A stretch of DNA of 64,000 bases from an uncultured Gemmatimonadales bacterium (GCA_963707505.1 CAVPQB010000004.1:1184001-1248000), one strand, 5' to 3'; numbered from the stretch's first letter, positions 29,365 through 40,378 are shown. Notes: generated from the sequence alone by a model not told the origin. Made by a program: numbers and translations.

Positions 29365-29438
29365 GCCCCCGTAGCTCAGGTGGATAGAGCAGCAGTTTCC
29401 TAAACTGTTGGCCGCGTGTTCGAGTCACGCCGGGGGCA
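29365..29438 (+). tRNA. tRNA-Arg (anticodon CCT)
   Basis: Acceptor GCCCCCG/CGGGGGC-A, D arm GCTC/GAGC, anticodon loop TTCCTAA, T loop TTCGAGT; CCA not encoded. Confidence 0.97.
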
Positions 29439-29589
29439 CTCGATCACCACGACGACCTAGCTGACGTGGTTCCCGCTTTTTCCCTGTTGCCCACCGGGAG
29501 AAAAACCGGGACGTCGTCCGCGGGCCCAGGCACGGACTGAGGGCAACGGGACGGCGAGCATGAGAACACTGCGCAAGTTGTTCATCGCG

Positions 29590-30141
29590 CTAGAACGCCA
29601 CGCCGAGCACCAGGCGCGCGGTGGGAAGCCCATCAGCGGAACCGGAAGTCTTGCTACCGAATAGGCGTTTTGCACCGAATCCCGTTCCAACGACGAACCG
29701 CCGCGATGGTCCGAGCAGCCAATTGTAGTCCAGCTCGAAACCGGCGGTGGGACGGTTCGTCGCGCTGTTATCGCACACGTCGAAACACAGGAGGTCACCG
29801 CTTACGTGCGTGATGCCGGCGGAGATGGCGACGGAAAATCCATCGGGTGCGTGCTCCGAGGGATAGTACCGCACCTTGACTTCACTGGTGACATACTTGA
29901 AATCGCTCGGAGCGAAATATGTCCCGGCAATTCCGACGCTCGCGGTTCGTGACAGCGCGTGCTCGTATTCACCGCTGAAGAAGCTGAAGACGGCTCCAAA
30001 GGGATTGATCACGGCCAGATTTCTTCGCGCGGTATCGGGAGCGACAGCGGCGCCGGACGCTGCCTGCGCATGAACGGTGGACGAAGGGATGACTACGAGT
30101 GCGATGACGAGCGCGAGACGCCTGCAGAGGTTCGTACGCAT
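29590..30141 (-). CDS. Exported, probable small outer-membrane beta-barrel protein
   Basis: Signal peptide ending AHA-like (VHA-Q), alternating beta-strand pattern, C-terminal LGVAF. Confidence 0.75.
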   Translation of the reverse strand: MRTNLCRRLALVIALVVIPSSTVHAQAASGAAVAPDTARRNLAVINPFGAVFSFFSGEYEHALSRTASVGIAGTYFAPSDFKYVTSEVKVRYYPSEHAPDGFSVAISAGITHVSGDLLCFDVCDNSATNRPTAGFELDYNWLLGPSRRFVVGTGFGAKRLFGSKTSGSADGLPTARLVLGVAF

Positions 30142-30336
30142 GTATCTCCCTGATGAGGAATGCATCATGATGCGAACACATTCGAGCTGATGTATCACGC
30201 TCGTACGTCAGTCGCCCGAATATAGCAGGCTGCCGCTGGAGTGGTAGCAGGAACAAAAGACGGCGAGTCCTGGCCGCCGCGCGTTACAGTCGCAATCTCG
30301 TGCGGCGCGCGGAGTGCTCATTCATGTCTTGGATCC

Positions 30337-31845
30337 TCATCTCTCCAGCCAGCGTCGAAGCAGGGATGGTTTCGCTCGACTCACACGCGTGCGGCTGAAA
30401 GCGTCAGCTGCCATTTTGATCCCATCGGCCTGGGTGCCGTACGAATGAATGGTATGGGCGATGGTGTGCAGCCCGATGCCGGCGACCATGGCCAGAGTAA
30501 TCTCGTTGATCATCTCGCCCGCATGCCGGGCGACGATGGTCGCGCCGAGTATCCGATCCGTTCTCTCCTTCACGTGAATTTTCACGAAGCCCATCTCATC
30601 ATCGTCGGTGATCGCGCGATCCACATCGTGCATCGGTATGGTGAAGGTCTTGACTGGGATCTTCCGCTCGAGCGCCTGGCGCACATACAGGCCGACGTGC
30701 GCGATTTCCGGATCGGTGTACGTGCACCATGGAATCACCAGTGCGCTGAGGCGCTGGCGGCCGAGACGATAATGCGTTCCGAACCGCAAGGCGCGCGGAC
30801 GCGTCGGCGGTGTGGGTGAACTTGTCCGCGAGGCAGGCATCACCGGCGGCATAGATGCGGCGGTTGCTGGTCCGCAGGAAATCATCGACGTGAACGCCGA
30901 TCGTGTTGTCGTAGGCTCACGCCAGCGGCGTCCAGGTTCGAGCTCGTCGACGTTGGGCACGCGTCCGGTGCCGGTGAGGATGGCATCGACCGCCACGGTG
31001 CTCTTGTCGTCGTCGCTGACGAGATCGACGAGCTTCTGCCCGTGTTCCACGCTCACGCCGACGGCCTTGGCGTTGAGCCGGACCTCGATGCCATCGCGCG
31101 CGAACGAATCCGACAGAATCTGGGCGGCATCGCGTTCTTCCCGGGGCAGGAACAACGGGCGCTCCTGCGCGATGATGGTGCGACGCCGAGGCGGCAGAAC
31201 GCCTGCGCCATCTCGCAGCCGAGCGGACCACCGCCGATGACCAGCAATCGGCGCGGAGCCTCGGTCAGGTCGAAGACGTTCTCGTTGGTGAGATATCCGG
31301 CTTCGGCGAGACCGGGAATCGAGGGCGTGTCGGGCCGCGCTCCAGTGGCGATGAGCGCCTTCTTGAAGCGGAGCTGCGTGCCATCCACCGCCAGCGTGTC
31401 GCTACCGGTAAAGCGCGCATCGCCGAAGAACACATCGACGTTCGCTGCGACCAGCCGGCGCACCGAATCGAGCACGGCTGATGCGCGCGCGGATGCCGCG
31501 CATGCGCTGCATCACGGCGGGGAAATCGACGCGGATGTCGGCCGGCATTTGCGCGCCGTATTGCTCGGCATTGCGCATCTCGGCGTACAGGCGCGATGTG
31601 CGAATGATCGACTTCGACGGCACGCAGCCGACATTCAGGCAATTGCCGCCGAGCAGGCCGTGCTCGATCAGCGCGACTTGTGCGCCCAGCGCTGCCGCTG
31701 CGAACGCAGCGACCAGTCCCGCCGTGCCGCCGCCGATGATCACCAGGCCGTACCGATCCGCCGGCTGCGGATTGCGCCAGTCCGGCGGGCGCACGTTGTC
31801 CAGTCGCTCGTGCTCGGTACGCGTCCTGGTGGATGCGCCACTCAT
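30337..31845 (-). CDS. Class I pyridine nucleotide-disulfide oxidoreductase (MerA/LpdA-like), frameshifted
   Basis: IGGGTAG, GGNCLNVGCVPSK, IGGGPLGCE, PWCTYTDPEIAHVG across several frames. Confidence 0.88.
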
Positions 31846-33179
31846 CTGTCAACGTCAGCCAGCCGCCGCGGAAACCCGCGCGTCGCAAGACCGGCGCCGA
31901 TGTACGGAGCAATTCGCGCATCAGTCGCCAGATCAGCCCAGTGCGATAGTTCTCGATCATCATGACCACGATGCCCTGGTCGAGTCCGAAGTGGCCAGCG
32001 GAAACACCCGGCACTGCTGCCGAATCGATCGGGCGATTGCGCGAGCGTCGGATTGAAACTGCTGGCGTAGCGTCTACTCCGGCAGCATCTCGGGATAGCG
32101 CGCGCAACATTGCGCCTCGCGGTGTGCAGGGCGATCTCCGGCGCGAACGGCAGCGACGCCAGCACCGCCCATCCGCTGAGCGTTCCGTCGTCGGGCCCGT
32201 ACGGCACACCGCGCGCGGCATAGCCGAAGCACGGCGGCCGCGGACCCTCGTCCGGGCCACTCGGCATCCGTCGTTGGGGCCGTCGCACGCGGTGAGGCCC
32301 CAGCAGTATTCGTCGTAACCGGCGAACTCGTTCGGATTGCGCTGCGCGTACTCGCGCTGGACCATGCATCGCGCGCCGGCTGTTCTCGAAATAGTCGCAG
32401 CGCTTCTCGCGCATGAAGCGATCCTGGATGCCGCGAAAATCGATCCAGGCGTGCGAGAACTGATGTATGAACAGCGGGCCCGCGTACAGAAAATCGTAGC
32501 CGTACAGATTCTCCCACTGGTACGTCACGGTCCACGCTTCGTAGCCACTCGCCGTCGAGTGGATGCGTCGGCGATCCGAGCGCGAGCACGTACAACACGA
32601 TCGCCTCGTTGTAACCCTGCCATCCGTAATGCAGAAAACCACATTCCGGCTTCCAGCCCTGCGTGATGACACCATGCTCGTCCTGCGCCCAGCGCCAGTC
32701 GATGCGCCGATACAGCAGTTCGACGAGCTCGCGCAATTCGATTTCATCCGCCGTGTTCGCGGTGAAGTAATTGGCCGCGGTCAGTGCTCCGGCAATCAGC
32801 AGGGCGGTGTCGATCATCGACAGCTCCGAGCGCCAGACGCGAGCGCCCGTGTCCATGTCGAGGAAGTGGTAATAGAAGCCCTTGTAGCCGGTTGCATCCG
32901 GGCTGCCGCTCTGATCGCTGTCGCGAAAGAAACGCAGCGCGGCGAGGCTGCGTCCGACTGCGTCGGCCCGCGTTCCATCCAGCCGCGCTCCACCGCCACC
33001 GGATATACCGACAGAGCGAATCCGACCACTGCGATACTGCACGGAGAGTTCTCGCGCGTGGTATCAGCGACGAGCCCATTGACCGGATTCACGGCCTGCA
33101 CAAAATAGCCGAATGCGTCGCGCTGCAGGTGGTCGAGTGTCTGCTCATCCATCACCCCCGTGGGGTCACTGTTCTCCAT
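31842..33179 (-). CDS. Glucoamylase-family (DUF3131/glycoamylase-like) protein, frameshifted
   Basis: GYKGFYYHFLDM, SELSMIDTALL, GYNEAIVLYVLALGSPTH, YAGPLFIHQFSHAWIDFRGI, GLDQG. Confidence 0.85.
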
Positions 33180-33269
33180 GCGCGCCGCGCTCCGTCGAGT
33201 TGAACTTTAGTTGCTACTTGTCCGAAATCTGCTCCACGTGGCCGCCGAACACCTGGCGCACCGCGGACA

Positions 33270-33324
33270 CTTTACACATGCTTTACGCGTGCTGCACACG
33301 TGCTGCACACGCGCTGCACACGCG
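33270..33324. repeat. Five 11-nt tandem repeats
   Basis: CTTTACACATG, CTTTACGCGTG, CTGCACACGTG, CTGCACACGCG, CTGCACACGCG. Confidence 0.8.
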
Positions 33325-33339
33325 GTTCGCAGGTGCACT

Positions 33340-34821
33340 TCAGATACCCGCTTCCTGACTGTAGTACTGATGGTCCTCGCGCCAGCCGCCCTGGCCAGCT
33401 CCGATGTGCCGGTAGTCATCCACGAATTCTATACGCCGAACATACTTCACCATTGCGAAACCGAGCTGTGTCTCCACGCGCACGCGAAGCGGGGCGCCAT
33501 GCGGCACCGGTAGCGGGCTGTCATTCATCTCGTACGCCATGATCGTTTGTGGATCCGATGCCAGCTCAATGCTGATCGTTCCGTAGAACCGACCAGGGCC
33601 TGCACCGTCCGGCTCCGACGTCGCTTTATCATCCAGCGCATGGAACACCAGAAACCGCGCGGTCTCCAGCGGCCGGCAGCGTTGAATTATTTCCGCCAGC
33701 GACACACCGCCCCAGCTCGCGACGGCCGACCAGCCCTGAATGCAATCATGTTTGGTGATCTGGGTCTGTTTGGGCCAGCGCCGAAGCTCCGCAAGCGATA
33801 AACGCAGCGGATGTTCCACCAGCCCGTCCACCTCCAGCACAAAGCTCGCGAACTCTTCGCGAACCATCGCCGCGTATGCTGCGTCAGCCGGCGGCCGTCC
33901 GTTCACTCGAAAATATGGTGATATCTCCGATTGCGAATATCGCTGCGCCGAGACACCGTGACCGAACAGCGCATGGCGCAAACGGTCGGTGAGCGCCTGC
34001 GTGCGGCGCTGCACAAGTCGCGGATACCTCAGCGAATACCATGTCGCCAGGATGTGAATCAGAATGACTCCGCCAAGGCCAGCGAGCCCCACGATCAGGC
34101 CTAGCGTGCCGTGGGCGTGACCGACGTCACCGAGTACTATCAATGCCATCTCGCTCACCTCGCCGTGCAGGATCACCATCGTGAGGTGTGCAGCAGAGAA
34201 CGCCAGAAACGCGCACAGGCAGAGGAAGTGAATGCTGCGAGCCGCCTGCCGGCCACGAAAGATGCGAATGTACCATGGAAATCGCGCTGCGATCGAGGGC
34301 GACATGGCCAACCCCGTGGCGATTGCGAGCGGCGACAAGAGGAAGACCACCGAGAAATACGCCAGTTGTTCCAGCGGATTGTAGCGACCCGGCGTGACTA
34401 CGAGATGCAAGCTCAGATAGGACTGAAGCGCGTGGAAGGCGCCCGGAATGATGGACCACGAGGTGGGAACCAGCCGCCGCCATTCTGGCGTGACAGCGAG
34501 CATCACAACGTACAACAGACCGGTGAACAGCCAGCCGGCATCGGCAAGGAAGTGCCAGTGCCGTCCGAGCCCCAGATTCCGGTGCCCTGGCAACGCAATC
34601 CACGACGAGAACGATTCCTCCTCGTCGCGCGACGTCCAGAGCTCGTGTAGTGGCATCCGTTTGCGCGTGAGCCGAAGCCACTCGCTCCCCGGGGTGCAGT
34701 CGTCGTTCCAGTAGAGCTTGGGATGCGCGCTCAGTATTTCCAGCCCGCTACGTACCAGGAGCGAGATGAACAGCAGGTTGAGGAAGTGCGTCGCGCGCAG
34801 CCAGAGCGGAAAGTCGAGCAT
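33340..34821 (-). CDS. Cytochrome b domain fused to sulfite-oxidase-family molybdopterin domain
   Basis: TM helices with His ligands (RATHFLN, RHWHF, RSIHF, AHLTM); HDCIQGWS and HGAPLRVRVE in the C-terminal domain. Confidence 0.88.
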   Translation of the reverse strand: MLDFPLWLRATHFLNLLFISLLVRSGLEILSAHPKLYWNDDCTPGSEWLRLTRKRMPLHELWTSRDEEESFSSWIALPGHRNLGLGRHWHFLADAGWLFTGLLYVVMLAVTPEWRRLVPTSWSIIPGAFHALQSYLSLHLVVTPGRYNPLEQLAYFSVVFLLSPLAIATGLAMSPSIAARFPWYIRIFRGRQAARSIHFLCLCAFLAFSAAHLTMVILHGEVSEMALIVLGDVGHAHGTLGLIVGLAGLGGVILIHILATWYSLRYPRLVQRRTQALTDRLRHALFGHGVSAQRYSQSEISPYFRVNGRPPADAAYAAMVREEFASFVLEVDGLVEHPLRLSLAELRRWPKQTQITKHDCIQGWSAVASWGGVSLAEIIQRCRPLETARFLVFHALDDKATSEPDGAGPGRFYGTISIELASDPQTIMAYEMNDSPLPVPHGAPLRVRVETQLGFAMVKYVRRIEFVDDYRHIGAGQGGWREDHQYYSQEAGI

Positions 34822-35009
34822 CGTTGTTTCAGGATGACGGAGATGAGTAGGGACGAGCGAGCAACGACGTCAGCGCCAGCCAGTCGTTGATCTCGCTTTG
34901 TGTATCGCATCCGTGTTGCGTCTTTGCGACGGTGGTGCATGGATCGCGCCCTTATTGGCACACAACGTGAACGCGTTGACTTATTCGTTTCACGTCGGCA
35001 TTGTGCATT

Positions 35010-35932
35010 CAACGTGTGGGTGTTGCTCGGCGACAGTGAAATGGCCGAAGGCTCGATCTGGGAAGCCTTCGACAAGGCTGGTCACTACAAGCTGGATAAC
35101 GTGATCGCAATCCTTGATATGAACCGCTTGGGTCAGCGCGGAGCGACCGAGCTCGGCTGGAATGCACCTGTTTACGCCGAGCGCGCACGCGCGTTTGGAT
35201 GGCACGCAATCGAGATTGACGGCCACGACATCGATGCTATCGACCGTGCGTACGCGGAGGCTGTCGCGCAAACAGAGCAGCCCACATGCATCATCGCAAA
35301 GACGTTGAAGGGATCAGGTGTCCCACTGGTCGAGAACAAGAATGGCTGGCATGGCAAGCCGCTCAGTCCAGCCCAGGCGAAGCAGGCCATCGAGGAGCTT
35401 GGTGGTGAGCGCCACATCACCGTGAGTGTTGCGAGGGCAGAAACGCTGCAACCAGCACCGCAACCGCCTGCCACTCCATTGAAACTACCGGTTTATGAAG
35501 TCGGTGCGTCCAGTGAAACGTTCCCCGTTGGCGGGAGCAAGGTACTTCGACGCTCGGACGCAGATCAGGCGACGATCGTCGCCGCGGGCGTAACGCTGCA
35601 CGAGAGTCTCCGCGCTTATGAGCAGCTCAAGTCCGAAGGCGTCCAGGTGCGAGTGATTGATGCCTATTCTGTCAAGCCGATCGACGTCGAGGCGCTGCAC
35701 GAAGCCGCGCGCGTGCCAGGTGGCTGCATCGTCGTGGTAGAAGATCACTGGAGCGAGGGCGGACTCGGCGACGCTGTACTTGGTGCGTTCGCGGATGGCG
35801 CCGGGAATTCCGCACAGGGTGATCAAACTGTGCGTGCGCGCAATGCCGACGTCGGGGAAACCCGCGGAACTCCTGAGCGCTGCTGGAATCGATGCAGAGC
35901 ATATCGCTCAGGCCGTCAGGGCGGCAGTTTGA
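35010..35932 (+). pseudogene. Transketolase remnant (N-terminus and central domain missing)
   Basis: LGDSEMAEGSIWEA, DMNRLGQ, IDGHD, GWHGK, then a direct jump to FPVGGSKVLR, YSVKPID, VEDHWSEGGLG; last part in another frame. Confidence 0.8.
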
Positions 35933-35938
35933 GACGCG

Positions 35939-37112
35939 ATGCCGAGCTATAAATACCTGATTGTGGGCGGAGGAATGACCGCCGCTGCTGCAATTGGTGG
36001 AATCCGCGAGGTGGACCTCACTGGCTCCATCGGAGTGATCACATCCGAGCGGCATCCACCATACAACAGGCCACCACTGTCGAAGGGACTCTGGAAGGGG
36101 GAGTCTCTGGACAGCATCTGGCGGCCGTCAGCTGACGACAACCTGATGTTCCACCAGGGCTGTACGGCGCGCGGTCTGGACGCGCACGGTAAGCGAGTCA
36201 CGGACGATCATGGCACAGTGCACGTAGTACCAGAAGCTGCTGCTCGCAACCGGATGCAGAACGCGAACTTTTCCATTTGGCCAGGATCAGATGTATCTAC
36301 TTCCGAACCGTCGATGATTACCAGAGACTTCGCAGCGCAGCCGAGCATTGCGATCGCTTCGCCGTAATCGGCGGCGGGTTCATCGGTTCGGAGATCGCGG
36401 CCGCGCTGGCAATGAATGGAAAGAAGGTAACATGGATCTTTCCCGACGAGTTCGTTGGAAGTCGCATGTATCCACCTGAGCTCGCCAAGTCATTGAACGA
36501 GCTTTACCGCAGCCGAGGTGTCGAAGTTGTGTCGGGTGCGAAAGTGACCGGCTGCGAATCGCGTGCGGGGGAATCGACGCTTACAGTTCACGGCAACCTG
36601 AGCGGGGTCGACCGGAAGATCGTCGTGGATGGCGTTGTCGCAGGCGTCGGAGTTCAACCGAACGTGGAACTGGCTCAGGCTGCCGGCCTCACCGTCGACA
36701 ACGGCATCCGAGTCGATGCATCTCTGCGCACTGACAATCGCGATATCTACGCTGCGGGAGACGTTGCCAGCATCTTCACCACTTCGCTCGACGAATGGCG
36801 CCGCGTCGAGCACGAGGACTGCGCCAATACCATGGGCGCGCACGCGGGAGTCGCCATGGCTGGACGGACGGTGTCATACGAGCACCTGCCGTTCTTCTAC
36901 TCCGACATCTTCGAGATGGGCTACGAGGCCGTCGGAGAGGTGGACAGCCGGCTGGACATGATCACCGCTGGAAAACACCGTGCAAGGATGGCGCGATCTA
37001 CTACTTACGCGAAGGGCGCGTGCGCGGCGTGTTGATCTCGAACATTCACGGATTGGTGGACGGAGCCAAGCGGCTGATCGGCTCTGCGATTTCGATCCAT
37101 AGTGCTGACTAG
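35939..37112 (+). CDS. NAD(P)/FAD-dependent ferredoxin-reductase-like oxidoreductase, frameshifted
   Basis: IVGGGMTA, PYNRPPLSK, IGGGFIGSE, IYAAGDVA, RRVEH, LPFFYSD. Confidence 0.88.
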
Positions 37113-37244
37113 GAAGGACGGCTTCCGACGTAGCGGTTACGCGACCGTTCCGTCCGCTGCGGCATGATGCGTATGCAGGCCCTCTTACGGATTTCTCCCT
37201 GGAACTTCTCCATCGCTTGTGTAGGTGAGCAGCATATTCACACC

Positions 37245-37260
37245 CGGTACGGAAGATGCA
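37245..37260 (+). promoter_or_regulatory. Sigma54-like -24/-12 motif
   Basis: CGGTACGGAAGATGCA (GG-N10-GC) upstream of the 37347 gene. Confidence 0.35.
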
Positions 37261-37346
37261 GCCCAACCGAGCGATGGGTACGCCAAAATCGGACCGGAGC
37301 AGCGACTGTCGGACCAGGTCCACGATCCGGCAACGAATAGGAGGAC

Positions 37347-37880
37347 ATGATGGCCACGGCACCCCGGCGAGCCCACACCGTATCGGACAAGCCACCCACC
37401 GATCCCGCGCACGCGGAGCATGCCGCGATCCACGAGCTCTCCCGTAGCAAATGTGAGGCTCTGCTGACGAAGCACCACGTGGGTCGGCTCGGAATCTCGT
37501 TCCACGACAGGGTGCGCGTTGAGCTTGCTAACTACGTCTACCACGAAGGGTGGATCTACGCGAGGACGGAGCAAGGCTCGGATCTGGCGAGCATGCAGCA
37601 TCACCCGTGGGCTGCGTTCGAAGTGGACGAGATCGATGGAATGTACGATTGGCGAACGGTTGAGGTGGCGGGCTCTATTGAACTCGTCGCAAATGGCGGC
37701 GCCTTCGCTCGCTCGGCAAGTTTCGATAGCGCAGTGCAATTGATGCGTGCTGTGGTACCCGCAGTGCTCACCAGCAACGATCCAACTCCGGAACGCGTCC
37801 AGATCCTGCGCATTCACGTGGATGAAATCAAAGGCCGCGAGGCGCGTTGTGGAACTGCGGTCGCGTCCGGAGACGCGTAG
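37347..37880 (+). CDS. Pyridoxamine 5'-phosphate oxidase-like flavin-binding protein
   Basis: ELSRSKCEALL, VGRLG, AFEVDEI, WRTVEVAG, IKGR. Confidence 0.85.
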   Translation: MMATAPRRAHTVSDKPPTDPAHAEHAAIHELSRSKCEALLTKHHVGRLGISFHDRVRVELANYVYHEGWIYARTEQGSDLASMQHHPWAAFEVDEIDGMYDWRTVEVAGSIELVANGGAFARSASFDSAVQLMRAVVPAVLTSNDPTPERVQILRIHVDEIKGREARCGTAVASGDA

Positions 37881-37898
37881 GCACTGGCAACGGTCTGG

Positions 37899-37914
37899 CG
37901 GCGTGCTTTTTGCT
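37899..37914 (+). promoter_or_regulatory. Sigma54-like -24/-12 motif
   Basis: CGGCGTGCTTTTTGCT (GG-N10-GC with TTGC) about 55 nt upstream of the 37970 gene. Confidence 0.5.
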
Positions 37915-37969
37915 CGCCAATATGACTCGTGGGACCGGCTTCCGTGTCCCATCACTTTAGGGAGGTTGT

Positions 37970-38623
37970 ATGGACGTTGAGCTAACGCGATACGTAGGCC
38001 TCACGACGCTCGCTGCGTGTGTGGTTCTGGGCGGATGCAAGGCGAAGGATACTTCTGCGACAGACACCACGGCCGCAATGAGTGCAACCGCGAACACGGC
38101 GACAGGCGACACATCTGCCATGGGCGGAGCGGCAAAGGCTGGTGATACGACGGCGGGAGCCAGCGGCGCTGCGTTGTCGGACGCCAACATTGCCGCGTTG
38201 GTCGATGAAGTGAACATGGGAGATAGCGCTCTGGCAGCTTCGGCACTCCCCAAGCTCACTAGCACCGGCGCCAGGGATTTCGCCAAGTTGATGATGGGCG
38301 AGCACCATGCGATCCACGTTCAGGGTGTGCAGGTCGAGAAGGCGCAGAACATCACGCCACAGCTTCCGACGCCAGACCCGTTCAAGCCGGCAGTCGACGC
38401 CGAGCAAACGGCGCTCAGCTCGATGTCAAAGGGTGCGGCGTACGACTCGACATATATCGCGCACGAAGCCGGAATCCATCAGGCTGTAATCGACTGGGCG
38501 GGGAAGAACACGCCTCAGAACGCCGCCTATCAGCAGTATCTGAAGACGGCCGGTCCGGTGTATCAGAAGCACCTGGATCACGCGCTCGCGCTTGAGAAGA
38601 AGATGAGCGGCTCCAAGGCATAG
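37970..38623 (+). CDS. DUF4142-like lipoprotein
   Basis: Lipobox-like LGGC; SDANIAAL, RDFAKLMMGEH, YDSTYIAHEAGIHQ, KHLDHA; RBS GGGAGG. Confidence 0.82.
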   Translation: MDVELTRYVGLTTLAACVVLGGCKAKDTSATDTTAAMSATANTATGDTSAMGGAAKAGDTTAGASGAALSDANIAALVDEVNMGDSALAASALPKLTSTGARDFAKLMMGEHHAIHVQGVQVEKAQNITPQLPTPDPFKPAVDAEQTALSSMSKGAAYDSTYIAHEAGIHQAVIDWAGKNTPQNAAYQQYLKTAGPVYQKHLDHALALEKKMSGSKA

Positions 38624-38681
38624 TCCGCACGTTTCCGGTGTCCCGGACGTCCGCGTTGTTGCCTCAGTAAAGACGGCGTCA

Positions 38682-39113
38682 ATGATAGTTACAAAGCGAG
38701 TCTACGAGCCGTCCGCATCCGCGGACGGCTATCGCGTGTTGATCGACCGGCTCTGGCCGCGCGGCGTTTCGAAGGCCAGGGCCAATCTGGACGCTTGGGA
38801 GAAGGATGTCGCTCCGTCCGATGAGCTTCGAAAATGGTACGAGCACGACGCCCGGAAGTGGCCGGAGTTTCAGAAGCGCTACACACGGGAGCTGAAGGCG
38901 CCGGCGGCGAAGGAAGTACTCGACGCTCTAGTGAGGCGCGCAATGCGCGCGCGCGTCACGCTCGTGTACTCATCGCATGCGGCCGACATCAGCGACGTCG
39001 CGGTGCTCGAGAAGCTGCTCACCAGGCGAGTGAAGAAGGCGAAGCTTGGAAGGAGCACAAAGTCGGCACCGACGGCGAAGCGCAGCAGGCGGAAGAGTAC
39101 ATCAAGGGCGTAG
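38682..39113 (+). CDS. DUF488 (YeaO-like) protein, copy 1
   Basis: KRVYE, DGYRVLIDRLWPRGVSK, APSDELRKWY; basic C-terminal tail. Confidence 0.92.
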   Translation: MIVTKRVYEPSASADGYRVLIDRLWPRGVSKARANLDAWEKDVAPSDELRKWYEHDARKWPEFQKRYTRELKAPAAKEVLDALVRRAMRARVTLVYSSHAADISDVAVLEKLLTRRVKKAKLGRSTKSAPTAKRSRRKSTSRA

Positions 39114-39307
39114 TCCCGCGCTGCGAGATGCCTCAGAGCGGCGGTGACTGATCGATCGCATCGCGCAATGCGCGCAGCTCGCGCACGAGGTCCACAAGTG
39201 GGTAGCTGCCGTTCGCACAGTTCGGTCCGATACCATGGTGAGCGCCGAACCTTCGTGGGATGTTGCTCGTGGCCTGCGGCGCCAATCCGTGTGACGTGCC
39301 AGCTGCG

Positions 39308-40378
39308 CTAGCCTGCCATCGTCGGGTAATCGACATATCCATGGGGGCCGCTCGAGTAGAACGTTGCGCGATCCGGCTCATTCAGTGGAGCCCCTCGCTT
39401 CACGCGCTCGACGAGATCCGGATTCGCAATGAACAGCCGCCCAAACGCCACGAGATCCGCGCAGTTCTTCTCCAGTACACGCTCCGCAGTCTCCGGTGTG
39501 TAGCCGCTCGCAGTGATTATCGTCCCGCGATACGATTCGCGCACAAGGGCTGTCGAGCAGACTTGTCTCTCGTCCGGGCCACTCGTCCCGACTGGAGCTT
39601 CGACGACGTGTACATATGCCAGCGCGCGATCGTTCAGCGCGGTTGCAACGTGCGAAAATGTCTCCACCGGATCGGCGTCATGAATTCCGTTCGATCCGCC
39701 GGCCGGCGATACGCGCACTCCAACGCGCTCGCTCGGCCAGATCGATGTCACGGCGTCGATTATCTCGAGTAGAAAGCGCGCACGATTGGCGGGACTGCCA
39801 CCGTATTCATCCGTGCGCTGGTTGGTTCCGGTCTGAAAGAACTGGTCAATCAGATATCCGTTCGCGCCGTGCAGCTCGACGCCGTCGAAACCTGCCTCGT
39901 GCGCGACGTCGGCAGCGCGCCGAAATTCAGCGACCACACCCGGAACGTCTTCCGATGCAAGTGCGCGCGGCGTTTCAAAATCCTTCATTCCGTCCGGTGT
40001 GTACGCCTTGCCAGCGGGTGGAATGGCGGACGGCGCGACCGGCTGCTGTCCGTGGTAATAGGAATGCGACACGCGTCCAACGTGCCACAGCTGCGCGAAG
40101 ATCCTCCCGCCAGCGTGATGAACTGCGTCCGTCACGGTTCGCCAGCCATCGCGCTGCACATCGGTGTAGATGCCTGGCGTGTCCTGATAACCCTGTCCGA
40201 GCGGAGCGACCTGCGTCCCTTCGGTGATGATCAAGCCCGCAGTCGCGCGTTGCGCATAGTACCGCGCCATCAGCGTGTTGGGTGTTCCCCCTGGGGCGCG
40301 ATTGCGGGTGAGCGGGCACATCACCATTCGGTTTGGCATGGTGATGGCGCCGAGGCGATATGGTTCGAGAAGAAGCAT
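39308..40378 (-). CDS. Old yellow enzyme / alkene reductase (NemA-like)
   Basis: PLTRNRA, QLWHVGR, GFDGVELHGANGYL, NQRTDEYGGS, FGRLFIANPDL. Confidence 0.96.
   Translation of the reverse strand: MLLLEPYRLGAITMPNRMVMCPLTRNRAPGGTPNTLMARYYAQRATAGLIITEGTQVAPLGQGYQDTPGIYTDVQRDGWRTVTDAVHHAGGRIFAQLWHVGRVSHSYYHGQQPVAPSAIPPAGKAYTPDGMKDFETPRALASEDVPGVVAEFRRAADVAHEAGFDGVELHGANGYLIDQFFQTGTNQRTDEYGGSPANRARFLLEIIDAVTSIWPSERVGVRVSPAGGSNGIHDADPVETFSHVATALNDRALAYVHVVEAPVGTSGPDERQVCSTALVRESYRGTIITASGYTPETAERVLEKNCADLVAFGRLFIANPDLVERVKRGAPLNEPDRATFYSSGPHGYVDYPTMAG

Noticed and set aside
29457..29585. Small minus-strand ORF MNNLRSVLMLAVPLPSV... after the OMP gene
   Set aside because: The signal-peptide-like start decays into nonsense; may be a remnant but cannot be supported
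30337..31845. Mercury resistance locus
   Set aside because: No C-terminal Cys pair and no merT/P/R nearby; the MerR-family gene at 25668 is the surE-linked type
39133..39300. Possible gene remnant between DUF488 copy 1 and the OYE gene
   Set aside because: Short helical-looking tail only; no start context or recognisable family
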